63,282 nucleotides of DNA, filler included, from Octopus bimaculoides (GCF_001194135.2; 3 parts of 3 records of this genome joined end to end with filler, not necessarily neighbours in it); one strand, 5' to 3'. Counted from the whole stretch's first letter, positions 39,666 through 53,793 are shown. The notes: a model not told the origin generated them from the sequence alone. A program made the numbers and translations.

Positions 39666-40722
39666 TATATACACTCAGTAGGTTCAGAATAATTTCTGAG
39701 AATGTGCATTTTCAGGTGTCCCGTTTAATTCAAAATGTTCGGCAATTTCTTTTGAACTACTACTATTTTGCCTGGCATCAATGCCTGTGTCCATTGAACC
39801 TTTTATTTAATTGTTAGGATTCGTGATGGAATTGACTTGACGCATGTTGTTGCACAATGAACAGGGTTTACCTCTCTTGCGGCTGATTTTCAAGGTGCAG
39901 CGTTCAGACGCTCCAATGATAGTTTTCTTGGAGTTCGAGGTAGTGGTTAATATTCCTCTCATATTTTTATTACATCTAAAGGCGACAGAGAAAATATTTG
40001 TTTGAAATGGGTATATTTATCTTCAATATGCTGATAACTTTCACGCAACACTTTTGAAATGCTAGCGAAGTTTCGGTGCCAGTTAATCACTAAAAGGAAT
40101 TATGTCACATATTTGCTAAAATTATGCGTAAAATCTTGACTTTCCTTGCCAATCTTAGCTGTGTCATTTACAATTTCCTTCTATCGTGATTTACTGCAAC
40201 CGCGTTTGACATAATGGCGTACAAAAGCATTTGCCTGTTTCCAGTTATCCCCGATGTCAGTCCAAATGCATGAGGACAAATATATTTGTGAATCACAAAC
40301 AACATATCATGGAGGAATGAATAAAATGACAGGTGAATTTCATCATGTTTACACAAAACTCTTCTACTAAATATCATTTTTCCTTTTTATTTGTCATTTC
40401 TTTCTTTTTCTTGTTTTCTGATGATGTCATTCTACCAAAATAGGAACGCTGGATTTCCTCGTTTATACTTTGAATTTCTGTTTCTGCGTTTGTTTTCATT
40501 TTACATTTTGAAACTAAAGACAGACAGCCTGTTGAAATAATCTTTCGCATTGTCTGTCTTCACATTACATTATTTTGGTCTGCGATGTTGATGAAGATCC
40601 ATTCTTTGAATTCGTTCCGTAAGAGAGTGATATCTAATCGGTTATTCTGCAGTTTTTTACCTGTCGAGACTGGCATATCCCATGCGAGTTCCGCTTGATT
40701 CATTCTGTTATTCTTATCATCA

Positions 40723-40925
40723 GAAGCGGCAGCATGCCGGACGAAATGTTTGGTGGAATTTCGTCCGGCTTTACGTCCTGAGTTCAAATTCCGCCGAAGT
40801 CGACTTTGCCTTTAATCCATTGGGGGGGGGGGGTCGATAAAATAAATGCTTGGGTCGATGTAATTGACTAGCCCCTCCCCTAACAATTTCAGGCCTTGTG
40901 CCTATAATAGAAAGGATTATTATTA
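40723..40925 (+). mobile_element. Family A SINE
   Basis: gagttcaaattccgccgaagtcgactttgcc core and tail caggccttgtgcctataatagaaaggattattatt. Confidence 0.82.
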
Positions 40926-41915
40926 CTGTTGTTGTTCTTGTAATCATTGTTCTGTTGTTGTTCCCGTTGTTCCTATCATCATCATCATCATCATTATCAT
41001 CATCATCATCATCTATAAAGTCGACGCATATCATCCCTATTGCCATTTGATTTCTTAATCAATAACTTTCATATGTTTCATTTAATGAATTCGACAAAAC
41101 CATTATTGAACTGTTAAAACCCTCTTTCTCTGTACGAGAACTGATTATTCTCTGTGAGAAACGATACGTAAATATTGTATTGTTGTAACGATGCATCTTG
41201 TGAATGGTGAGGCCATTGTGGTTGCTCCGGTCGTTAAATGCGTTTCAATGGGATAAGAAGAACGGCAGGCAGTAGAGTATTTATTTATTTTATTTTACTT
41301 ACAATTTATTGATCTCCAATAATATAATGTAAACAGTTAAATCGATATTTTGACATGAAAAAGAAGGCTTGTTTTTCAGAGTTTACGAGAATAATTACAA
41401 GCAAAATTGAATCATATCGATGTACATAATATGTCGTTCTGCCTCTAAATATGTCTACGTGTGATTACTTTTTCAATGAGATTAATTTCCGAGCTAAAAT
41501 GAAATCCCTAAACTGATTCAAGCTGACTACGAGCCGATCGGTTCCATCAGCCAGGCCCGGCTGAGTTATGACCAAGCTGAAAGGGCATGGATCGTTGACT
41601 AGCATGCACAGGTGTTGTGCGGGCTTAAACGCCTTCAGGTATGTATTTACTTAGATGCATGATTATGCTCCTTTACACAGAGGTTTCTGTTTGTGTGCGT
41701 GTGTAGGTATATGCATGGCTTTATGCATAGTCGTAGGCAACATTCACACATCAAGTCCACGACCAGTGGCTACATTTAAATAAGTTCAATTTCATTAAGG
41801 AATTTCCAAGTTTAGATGGGTCGGAAGCTTTCAAGAGACAGTCTGACGAAGCTAATTACTAATAAAAGTTTCAAGGTCACAGCCAACCTTTTTCTTCGGT
41901 GTCTATCTAACTGTC

Positions 41916-41986
<71 letters not shown>

Positions 41987-41994
41987 GGTGAACA

Positions 41995-42206
41995 AATATA
42001 TATATATATGTATACTTATATATATATGTATACTTATAAAATACTTATATATATATATAGGTATACTTACAATATACTTATATATATATATGTATACTTA
42101 TAATATACTTATATATATATATATATGTATACTTATAATATACTTATATATATATATATATGTATACTTATAATATACTTATATATATATATATATGTAT
42201 ACTTAT
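41995..42206. repeat. AT-rich minisatellite ((TA)n-tgtatacttataatatactta), preceded by (GATA)n at 41917-41985
   Basis: Repeated tgtatacttata(a)tatactta units separated by variable (TA)n. Confidence 0.8.
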
Positions 42207-42306
42207 NNNNNNNNNNNNNNNNNNNNNNNNNNNNNNNNNNNNNNNNNNNNTTAATTAATTAANNNNNNNNNNNNNNNNNNNNNNNNNNNNNNNNNNNNNN
42301 NNNNNN

Positions 42307-42339
<33 letters not shown>

Positions 42340-42716
42340 ATCTCTCTCTCTTTATCTCTCTCTCTCTCTCTCTCTCTCTCCCTCTTTCTCTCCCTCTTTT
42401 TCTCTTTCTCTTCCTGTCTCTGTTTTTCTCTCCCTCTTTATGCGGTAAAATCTAGTTATGATAGTTCACATGTATAACATCTCTCTCCTTTTCTGCACCC
42501 CCCTCTCTCTCTCTTTCTGCACATGTATATTTCTACCTAAGTGCACGCGCACATCTTGCCTTCAGTCTGCCGCGCCATATCGTCACTGCCAAAACAGCTG
42601 CGCCAAATAATCTCCTTCAGCTTCACACTAAAGACTGGTCCTAATAATTATAACACGTGTGGTCTCTACGAAAGACACCCAATAACTAGCTACTACGCAG
42701 CACACACACACACACA

Positions 42717-42761
<45 letters not shown>

Positions 42762-42906
42762 ACGCACACACGCACATGTATGTAGGTATGTATATATATG
42801 TCTATGTGCATATATATGTGATTATATATGTGTATATATATGTTTGTATATATATGTGTATATATGTATACACACATATATATGGATATATATGTCTGTC
42901 TGTATG

Positions 42907-42947
<41 letters not shown>

Positions 42948-43954
42948 NNNNNNNNNNNNNNNNNNNNNNNNNNNNNNNNNNNNNNNNNNNNNNNNNNNNN
43001 NNNNNNNNNNNNNNNNNNNNNNNNNNNNNNNNNNNNNNNNNNNNNNNNNNNNNNNNNNNNNNNNNNNNNNNTATATATATATATATATATATTACACACA
43101 CATACACACACAAAGGAGAACATATATGCAAAACAAGGTGTAAAAAATAGTACTTGGTGAGTCATTATTTATTTTCTGCACTTTACCCCCCACCCCCGTT
43201 CCACGCTAGGTTTTTTTATTCGAATTTATATTTATATTTTTACTTGACTGTTAATTTTCACATCCCCCAACCACCGAACTTCTAACGAAAATTACACCGT
43301 TAGGTTTTAAGAACCTGCAACCCAATCAAATTTAAATGCTTATTCGTCGGTTTGATTTATATTACATAACATCATGTTACATATACAATCAATTTTAATT
43401 CAGCTTTCATCACAATTGCCCGATGAAATTCTGTTATGCAGTAGACTCACGGCAGGATTTGAATTTGAAGCGCTAAGAACAGGAAGAAACACTTCAAGAT
43501 TCCTCATCCGACTTGTTAACATTTCCCTCACCCGTCACCCTCAACTGGTACTCCATTTACCCCTGAAGGCTGAAAGGCAATATTACCTTGGTGGGATTTG
43601 AAATTAGAGCTGGGATAAATAGTGCAAGGCATTTTTTATAACTTTCTAACGAGTTTGTGAATCCATTGCCTCAATAATTGTTTGTAGCATGGGCTCAAAG
43701 GCTGAAATGTGGAGTAAGGGGCTAGACAATATCACCGGCCCCAGCACTTCACTGGTACCTCATTTTCTCGACCCTGTCTGTATGAGTGCGTACGTGTGCG
43801 CGTGTGAGTAAGTATGTGTGTGTGTGTTTGTTAGTGATTCCTCGTTTCGACATCGCGTTCCAATAGTAAACGAATGTCACCATTATACAAGCAGTGTCTT
43901 TCATTTCCCGTGACCTGTGGGAACATGTCTGTACATGAAGAAGGTTAAAGTAAA

Positions 43955-44257
43955 GTTGACCTCAGCGGAAATATTTAAGCCCAGAACGTAAAGAGCTGGG
44001 GAAGAAAAAATAGCGCAAAGCATTTTCCGCGCTCAAACTAATTGTTTCTAGCATAGATACAAAGCCTGATATTTGAAAGGGAAATGTTAAAGTAAAGAAA
44101 GCTTAAGGAATTGTTGACCTCAGCGGAATTTAAGCACGGAACATAAAGAGCTGCAAAAACAGTAGCGAAAAGCATTTTCCGCGCTCAAACGATTCTATCA
44201 ATCGACTGAAGAAACTGAAATTGTTTCTGGCATAGAAACAAGGCCTGATATTTGAAA
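43955..44257 (-). mobile_element. Two tandem diverged family A SINE fragments (head half abutting a tail)
   Basis: The unit gttgacctcagcggaa..gcattttccgcgctcaaac..attgtttct(a/g)gcataga(t/a)acaa(a/g)gcctgatatttgaaa occurs at 43955-44078 and 44113-44257. Confidence 0.6.
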
Positions 44258-44448
44258 CAAAGAGGGTTAGTCCACTTATGGGCAAACCGCGGCTCGTGGG
44301 ACATTCTGAATGGCAGACGAACGAAGATTACCTTAAGTTTTTAGTAGTGCGGCTTACACTACTAAAATGATGAGCTTTAATTTATGTGGCCCGTTTCAGG
44401 AAAAGGGTTGCCCTTACATGAGTTAGTCGATACAATCAGCTCAGTACA

Positions 44449-44864
44449 AGGCGGCGAGCTGGCAGAATCGTTAGCACGCCGGGCGAAATGCTTAGCGGTA
44501 TTTCGTCTGCCGTTACGTTCTGAGTTCAAATTCCGCCGAGGTCGACTTTGCCTTTCATCCTTTCGGGGTCGATAAATTAAGTACCAGTTACGCACTGGGG
44601 TCGATGTAATCGACTTAATCCGTTCGTCTGTTCTTGTTTGTTCCCTCTATGTTTAGCCCCTTGTGGGCAATAACAAAATAGGTATTTCATCTGTCTTTAT
44701 GTTCTGAGTTCAAATTCCGCCGAGGTCGACTTTGTATTTCATCCTTTCGGGGTCGATAAATTAAGTACCAGTTACGTACTGGGGTCGATCTAATCGACTT
44801 AATCCCTTTGTCTCTCCTTGTTTGTCCCCTCTATGTTCAGCCCCTTGTGGGCAATAAAGAAGTA
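44449..44864 (+). mobile_element. Tandem (dimeric) family A SINE with 17-bp TSD, nested in an older antisense copy
   Basis: Full copy at 44450-~44680 followed directly by a 5'-truncated copy at 44681-44864. Identical acaatcagctcagtaca at 44432-44448 and 44865-44881. The flanks (about 44420-44448 and 44882-44960) read as a minus-strand copy of the same family. Confidence 0.88.
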
Positions 44865-45106
44865 ACAATCAGCTCAGTACATTACTAGGACTTCATATCA
44901 TCGACCCCGGAGGAATGAAAGGCAAAATTAACCAGGACAGAATTTGAATTCAGAACATAGGGAGTTTATTTAAATATGGCGAAACCAGATTATGAGGATT
45001 GCAGATGGAGTTGAAAGTAAGAACCGTAAGAGTATAGGTATAATAGTAGCAATAATAGTTCTTGCATTATAGGTTGCAGATGTAGTAAGGTGGTAGTTCT
45101 ACAACC

Positions 45107-45138
<32 letters not shown>

Positions 45139-46497
45139 CAACAACACTATCTTACTCATCAGTACTACCACCATCATCACCATCAACACCAACAACATCA
45201 ACACTACCTCCATCACCAACACCACCAACACCACCACCACTACCACCACCACTACCACTACCACCACCACCACCACCACCACAACCAGCAGCGTCACCCC
45301 CACCCTCATATCACTACCACAACCAACATTACTACCAACCAACGCTACCTCCACCATTACCGTCCCTACCATCACCGTCCCTACCAACAACACGCCTCCA
45401 CCACCACCGCCCCTCCATCACTATTAAGGCAGACAGGGCTTTTCAGTCAAAGAAAGCAATTAACTACCAATCATANNNNNNNNNNNNNNNNNNNNNNNNN
45501 NNNNNNNNNNNNNNNNNNNNNNNNNNNNNNNNNNNNNNNNNNNNNNNNNNNNNNNNNNNNNNNNNNNNNNNNNNNNNNNNNNNNNNNNNNNNNNNNNNNN
45601 NNNNNNNNNNNNNNNNNNNNNNNNNNNNNNNNNNNNNNNNNNNNNNNNNNNNNNNNNNNNNNNNNNNNNNNNNNNNNNNNNNNNNNNNNNNNNNNNNNNN
45701 NNNNNNNNNNNNNNNNNNNNNNNNNNNNNNNNNNNNNNNNNNNNNNNNNNNNNNNNNNNNNNNNNNNNNNNNNNNNNNNNNNNNNNNNNNNNNNNNNNNN
45801 NNNNNNNNNNNNNNNNNNNNNNNNNNNNNNNNNNNNNNNNNNNNNNNNNNNNNNNNNNNNNNNNCACCACCACTACTACCACCAACACCACCAACACTAT
45901 ATCACTATTATCGCCACCAACACTACCACCACCATCACCACCACCACCACTACCACCACCACCACCACCACCACAACCAGCAGCGTCACCCCCACCCTCA
46001 TATCACTACCACAACCAACATTACTACCAACCAACGCTACCTCCACCATTACCGTCCCTACCATCACCGTCCCTACCAACAACACGCCTCCACCACCACC
46101 GCCCCTCCATCACTATTAAGGCAGACAGGGCTTTTCAGTCAAAGAAAGCAATTAACTACCAATCATATTCAAATTACAATCAATAAGCAGAACAGTAGAA
46201 ATATACAAGACTTCTCTTAAGTTCAACAATTGCAACTCTTCGCAATTGTTCTTTCCTACGTTCGAGAGATACAACTCTGCTTTTTTATTACAAATCGTTT
46301 CCTTCTTTATGCACAAATCCCTACATACATACAAGTATACATATATACATACATATATTTACGCCCCCCCCCCCACAAACACACTCACACACACAAACAC
46401 ACACATACACACACACACATATATAAACACACTCAGATTCATGTACATTTATGCATGCAAAACTTGATATGAGTATATATATAATTATATGTGTATA

Positions 46498-46534
<37 letters not shown>

Positions 46535-47851
46535 ATTTTTTTCCAGAGGATGTAGCAACCGTTACCAATATAGCATAAGAACTTACCTTAGGAGATCATT
46601 AATTAGATTCCTTAAGGGTCGTTCTCACAGTTTATANNNNNNNNNNNNNNNNNNNNNNNNNNNNNNNNNNNNNNNNNNNNNNNNNNNNNNNNNNNNNNNN
46701 NNNNNNNNNNNNNNNNNNNNNNNNNNNNNNNNNNNNNNNNNNNNNNNNNNNNNNNNNNNNNNNNNNNNNNNNNNNNNNNNNNNNNNNNNNNNNNNNNNNN
46801 NNNNNNNNNNNNNNNNNNNNNNNNNNNNNNNNNNNNNNNNNNNNNNNNNNNNNNNNNNNNNNNNNNNNNNNNNNNNNNNNNNNNNNNNNNNNNNNNNNNN
46901 NNNNNNNNNNNNNNNNNNNNNNNNNNNNNNNNNNNNNNNNNNNNNNNNNNNNNNNNNNNNNNNNNNNNNNNNNNNNNNNNNNNNNNNNNNNNNNNNNNNN
47001 NNNNNNNNNNNNNNNNNNNNNNNNNNNNNNNNNNNNNNNNNNNNNNNNNNNNNNNNNNNNNNNNNNNNNNNNNNNNNNNNNNNNNNNNNNNACACACACA
47101 TACACACACACACATATATAAACACACTCAGATTCATGTACATTTATGCATGCAAAACTTGATATGAGTATATATATAATTATATGTGTATATATATGTA
47201 TATATATATATATATATAAAAGATACAGAAATACACTCATACCAGCGTATGCATACGTGCATATGCACACTCGTACATGCTTTATTAAAAGAATATAATC
47301 TTGAAAAGCTGAAGTTTTCATGCAACGCAAAAGATTGTCGAACATATTCTTCAAATTTAATCTATAAATAGAACAGTGAAAATATGTAAGATTTTTCTAA
47401 AGTTTCACTTATGTATTTAACATTATTGTTGTTGTTGTTCATCTTATTGCTGTGGTTGTTGTCGTCATCGTTGTTATTGTTGTTGTTGTTGTTGCTTTAT
47501 ATTCCAATAATACAACTTTGTTCTTTTGTAAAAAATATGGAAAAGAAGGAAACATCGTACTAAGATTTGAAAGAATTAAAAAAAGAGACAATACACACAC
47601 ACATATATATGTATATATAGATTAATAAATGCCAACACACACATACATATGAATATGTATATATATCTATATCTCTGTATATGTATATGTGTATAAATAT
47701 ATATGTATATGTATAAACATTCATAAATACACATATACATATTTACGTATAAGTATATTTTCATAGATACATTCACACATTCGTATATATTAAAATTCAT
47801 AGATCTGCAGGCACAAAAGAACGGAAATAGATACATGCATAAGTACAAACA

Positions 47852-47889
<38 letters not shown>

Positions 47890-48181
47890 NNNNNNNNNNN
47901 NNNNNNNNNNNNNNNNNNNNNNNNNNNNNNNNNNNNNNNNNNNNNNNNNNNNNNNNNNNNNNNNNNNNNNNNNNNNNNNNNNNNNNNNNNNNNNNNNNNN
48001 NNNNNNNNNNNNNNNNNNNNNNNNNNNNNNNNNNNNNNNNNNNNNNNNNNNNNNNNNNNNNNNNNNNNNNNNNNNNNNNNNNNNNNNNNNNNNNNNNNNN
48101 NNNNNNNNNNNNNNNNNNNNNNNNNNNNNNNNNNNNNNNNNNNNNNNNNNNNNNNNNNNNNNNNNNNNNNNNNNNNNNNNN

Positions 48182-48270
<89 letters not shown>

Positions 48271-48468
48271 TTACTCATAAAAAAATTCCTGCATTCATAT
48301 ATATTTGAGTTTATAGATCTGCAAACACAATAGAACGGATATGGTTTTCTGGGTTAGTGAATGTTAAATATTCACTGTTGTGGAAATAAACAGACAAAGA
48401 TCATATAGATGATAACTATGGGAATATTTAAGAATTTTATTACCAGACTCTCACATGAAATTTATTCT

Positions 48469-48561
48469 GGCGGCCATTTTGTTTTATGTTTTAGTAATGG
48501 AAGAACGGACCTTGCACGTGACTTCTGCTCATGACGTTCCAGATTGGTGCAACTGATTGGC
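48469..48561 (-). promoter_or_regulatory. Candidate promoter-like motif cluster (2x CCAAT, CRE half-site, E-box, downstream YY1-like motif)
   Basis: Read on the minus strand in this order: CCAAT (48560-48556, 48547-48543), ACGTCA (48537-48532), GTCACGTG (48522-48515), CAAAATGGCCGCC (48481-48469). Motif matches only; no expression data. Confidence 0.3.
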
Positions 48562-49768
48562 GCAGTGGTTGTTCTCTTTCGACATCTGCAAGTCGATGTC
48601 TGAATAGAAAACGTGATGTCTGGTGGGAAGGAATTATTTCAAGCTGGAGAAGGAAGGATTTGAGAAATAGTGTTGGGTTATGTGGTTTGGTTTGTAGGAC
48701 ATAATAATGATAGCAAGAAAAAGAAAGAAAGAGAGTAAGCGAGAGAGTGAGAGGGAGAGAGAAAGGGAGAAAAAGAGAGAGATAGATTGAGTGAGAGAGA
48801 GAGAAGGGGGTTGTGTCGATTGGAGGGAGATTTGCAGAGAATGAATTTCGTTGAACAGGGGATGCTGTTGTAGCGATAGATCCTGAATGAGAGTAAAAAA
48901 TATCCTATCAAAGTGTTGATAGGATATTTTTGGTTCGTTAATCAGAAGAGAATGGTTGATGTTCATTTTTCGCCCTTCAACATTTGTGAGATTTAGAAAT
49001 ATTTTTTTTTATTCTCAAACGCGTGATAATGCTTATAAATAGTGTGATCAGGATAAATTATCCATACATTGCAGAAAAATACGTCACCGGCCAGCCATGA
49101 GACTCGAACTAACATCCCTGTGATTACGCGGCAAGTGCTTTGTTGTGACAGTTGCTTAACCAAGACATCCGCAGTGAAAACATGGGCCAAGAGGTACTGT
49201 AACTAGGAAATATGATTTGTTTGTTTGCAACAGATTACATTCAGCATAAGATGTCCAAGAACCATATGATGGTACAATATGCGACAGACAAAAACTTCCT
49301 GTGTTTTAAAGGCCAAGGATGTGCATTTAGTGAAGTTAGAGACATGGTAATAGTATTTTATGTAGCTAGTGTTTTAACATCCTGTATTTTATTTTCAGTT
49401 ACCATCATGGTTTGAACCGCTTGCTATTGAAACATGTATCAAGAATGGGAATCCAGAAAGTTCTTTTAGCCGTATCCTGTATTAAAATTGAACGACGTTT
49501 GAGAGCTGTGTTTTAACAAGTCAGTGAATGAATATTTGCACAAGGAAACCATCTGCAGGAGGTAATTCAACACAAACCACTATGAGTTCTTCACAAGGAC
49601 ATTTGCGATCTTCCATTGATCCATAAATTACAGATATAATCCATTTTTGAAGTTAAGAACATTTCTTAGAATTTCTAAGAGATCTGCTTCTGATTTAAAT
49701 GTGCTCGTTAAGTAGAAAGAAAATGTCTTCATTAGCTGAAAAATAACTTGTCTTTTCTTATATTTCTT

Positions 49769-49808
<40 letters not shown>

Positions 49809-51226
49809 GTCTCTTTTACTCTCTTTCTTACAATCTCTCTCACTCATTTTCTTATAATCTCTCTCCCTCTCTTTCACTATCTCCTTATCACTATTTCTCT
49901 CACTTTCCCTCAAGGCTTGCCGTCTGGGGAGGTAAAGTAGGCGGTATATACCCCACGGAAATTGTAATAGTGTTTTCGATTTAGGCACAAAGGCACCAGC
50001 TTTGAAGGAAGTGAATTTGTCCATAGAATCGATCCCAGTAGTATTTGTCTGGAACTTTATTCTATTCACCCAAAAAGGATGTCAGGAAAAGATGATCACA
50101 GTGGAATTTGACTTCAGAATGTATTTACATATAAATATATAAAAAGATAAAAAATATATAAAGATAAAATATATATATANNNNNNNNNNNNNNNNNNNNN
50201 NNNNNNNNNNNNNNNNNNNNNNNNNNNNNNNNNNNNNNNNNNNNNNAAATATATATATAAAAAATATATAATTTACCCAAGGTGCAACGCAATGGGACTG
50301 AACCTGCAACTATGTGATTGGGAAGCAAAATTATTTCCACATATGGTGTATATGTACGTATTTAGTTCAAATATATGTTCAATTAAACGTTTATTGTAAT
50401 TGAATTTTACTTAAAATTAATACAATTTCGACATAATTTACTCTTGCCTTTTTTTTTATTCCTATTTCGCCGCAAAAGACTCGTTTAAATTTACATTCGA
50501 TGAAATGATGACACTTGTAAGAAAAGAAAAATTTAACTGATTAGAAATCGATCTGTGATAGTTCCACCGGCATCGTTATTCATCAATCGATTTGTTTGCT
50601 AGTAAGTTGCATTATTCTGAACTTAACTAATTTGATCGTCGAGTAGCGCAATAAGATTAAGAAAAATAAAAAATAAAATATGTTGTCCTCAAGTGATACC
50701 TTAAACAGATTGAGACATTAAGCTGGTACTACATTCTTACGGTCTTCTTCAATCCGAAAGGACATAATGTTCGAGGCGTAAATTTTGCATTAGGTTCATT
50801 AAAAACTGACTACTTATGGCAAACACCAAACAGTATGCACATTTATTACTCGAAAACTTAAAATAAATTTTATAGGCAGCTTCTACTGTAGATTTTGAGC
50901 ATACACGAAATTGTTCACTGACCTTATTCAGTATTTATTGAAAATTTAAGAGCCTTTAATGAAACCCTAGTTGGTTGGATTATTATAAGTTATTCACGGA
51001 CATCAGACAATGTTGTGATAACAGTTCTTAAACTGGATCGCTTGAGGCCGTTATTATGGACATTTAAAAAGAAAATGAAACGTGTTAAGACGAAATTTGT
51101 AATTGCAAAGCGTTGACTATCTTACAATCATTGGCTGATATTGTGTATATTCAACAATGTTAGAAATTATATGCAATGGATTAACGAATATATGTAGAGT
51201 TAGATAACATAAGATATTGTATTATA

Positions 51227-51351
51227 CAGGGTGTCCACAAAGTCTGGATACACGGAGTAAATAAAATCATAACATAAACAATTAAATATAAGAAATAATA
51301 ATTTCTTGAAGTATGTGTTAATCCCAATGTACAGACTTTGTGGACACCCTG
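51227..51351. mobile_element. Tc1/mariner-type MITE, 125 bp
   Basis: Perfect 20-bp TIRs cagggtgtccacaaagtctg (51227-51246) and cagactttgtggacaccctg (51332-51351), with TA on both sides (51225-26, 51352-53). Confidence 0.88.
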
Positions 51352-51360
51352 TAGAGTATA

Positions 51361-51570
51361 AACGGGCTTAGAATTGTTGGCGTGTCGGGAAAAATACTTA
51401 GTGGCATTTAGTCGGTCTCTACGTTCTGAGTTCAAATTTTGATTTTACGTTCTGAGTTCAAATTTTGATTCTTTCGGGGTCGATAAAATAAGTACTAGCT
51501 GAACACTGGGATCGATATAATCGACTTACCCCTTCCCCCGAAACTGCTGATACTGTACCCAAATTTGATG
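51361..51570 (+). mobile_element. Family A SINE, diverged, with internal duplication of the B-box segment
   Basis: tacgttctgagttcaaattttgatt occurs twice in tandem (about 51420-51470), followed by ttcggggtcgataaaataagtac. Confidence 0.75.
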
Positions 51571-52564
51571 CGTTATATTTGTGAAATATTCACACACTCA
51601 TACTTACACACACATATGTGGCACCTATCTGTTGTTCGCTGATGAAGGTTCAGTTGTTCAATCATCTGAATTGTCTGCTCCTGAATTAACGTATAACTGG
51701 TTGAGTATTGTACAGACACGTCCACCTTTAACTTAATTCTCAGACAGACTCAGTATGACACAGAGTATGACAAGACTGTAACTTTTGAATAACAAGTCCA
51801 ATCCAGAGGATACATAGGTAGACCCAAGGCTATACAGAAATAGGTATTCAAGAAACGCTGCTCTTTGATCAAATCTGAAACTTCATGGTTACGAAGAGAA
51901 TTTCTTAAGCATTCAACAATACTTACAATGATATACGCATACATCTGGGTGTACGTAATAACGATGAAAAACGATTGGTTATTTTGGATATTACTATACA
52001 TGTTTCAGTGGCAAAATTTATTATTAACACTGTGTACCATATAATTTTACATGAAATAACGTACGAGATCATATGGAATAACATGTTTTATAAGCTACCA
52101 CTTTTTCAGGCAATGCTCCATTAGAAGTTCATTCGACGATATGGCGAAGACAGGAATATAATGCATTTACAAACCAGAGGTACTCGCTGGATAAATTTAG
52201 ATTTCAGAGCATTTAGAATGCTTTTTATGCTTTGATATTGGTGATACGTTTCCATCTTCAGTCTCTAGATCCTTATAAACTTTGTAGACGAAAGATGTGG
52301 CAACTTCTAAAAATCGAGATATTTCTAAATCGTTGTACTGAGCTTTTATAACCACAATAACAGCGTGCCTCTTCATTTCTTGAGTAAACTGGGGGTCTAC
52401 CAATATTATTTTCTGAAACAAAGATTATACCGAGTTGCAAAAAATGCAGCAATGACCCATAAAAAGGTATGTCCTCAAATACCTTACACACCATGTATAT
52501 ATATATATATATATATATATACTTATGTGTGTGTCTCCGTGTTTGTCTCCCCACCATCGCTTGA

Positions 52565-52748
52565 CAACTGATGTTGGTGTGCTTACGTCCCCTTAAACTT
52601 AGCAGTTCGGCAAAAGTGACCGATAGAATAAGTACCACGCTTACAAGAATAAGTCCTGGACTTGATCCTTTCGATTAAAAACCCCTTTAACGCTCCAGCT
52701 TGGCTATAGTCAAAGGACAGAAATAAGTAAAAGAATAAAAGAATAAAA
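52565..52748 (+). mobile_element. Family B SINE 3' half with (AATAAAAG)n-like tail
   Basis: gttggtgtgcttacgtccccttaaacttagcagttcggcaaaagtgaccgatagaataagtacc matches, in reverse complement, the body of the 39308-39665 copy. Confidence 0.7.
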
Positions 52749-53201
52749 AATATATGCATACGTACATGTACATGCACGGAAATACAAATAGACATATACA
52801 CGCACCACTATATAACACGTTCGAGCATATGATGCGTATATTTGGACATACACAGATATAAGGATGGACACTCGTACGAACATATATATATCTATGTGCG
52901 CAAGGACCATACAAATGAAGTTACGTTAAATAATAAGGTGTTAATTAGGTTTATGTGAGAGTAAAACTTTATAATATTAATGAAAGATGAGTAATATATA
53001 AAAACGTGAAATAAAATGTATATAACAAAATCGAATGTAACGTGATGAAAATCATATGTAAACATGTAACAAATGTATGCGCATCTGTGTGTATGTCTGT
53101 GTGTGTGTGTGAATATGTATGCCTGTATCTAGAAAGGTAGATTTAGATAAATAAATATATATTCATAAATACACGCACACGCACATATATATGCTTACAT
53201 G

Positions 53202-53245
<44 letters not shown>

Positions 53246-53745
53246 TATATATATATGCTTATATATAGATATATACATCAGTGTGTATGTACGTATGTAT
53301 ATGTGTATATAAATGCATATACATACATATATATATATGTGTGTATAAACAGACATACACATATGCCAATACATGCACACAAATATATGCATATATATAT
53401 GCATGTGTATATATGTATGTATGTATGTATGTATATATGTATATACATATATGTATATATGTATATATATCTTTATACATATATGTGCGTAAATATACGC
53501 ATATACAAACATCAACATACGTATATACATAAACACACAGTCATCCATGCATGTACACAGTACACATACATAGTTAATACATAGAATAGAGCTTATAATA
53601 ATACTAACAGCAATTAAAAGATTTTCTTATCAGTCAGAAGAGCAGGGGCGTTATCAATTCAATGTTGTAAGCCTCCCCAGACTGGTTAGATTGAAGTGTC
53701 TGATACTAATGATCTGAAAGGAAGAAAAAAATCTGTTTTGACTGG

Positions 53746-53793
<48 letters not shown>

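Noticed and set aside
45255-46167. Identical ~220-bp direct repeat (45255-45475 and 45947-46167) and the proline-rich 376-aa ORF 45090-46220
   Set aside because: The copies sit on either side of an N gap and the first ends exactly at the gap edge, typical of unmerged overlapping contig ends. The ORF is (CCA)n low complexity plus Ns.
46397-47217. Near-identical ~120-bp repeat (46397-46520 and 47092-47217)
   Set aside because: The second copy begins at a gap edge. It is most likely an assembly or haplotype redundancy.
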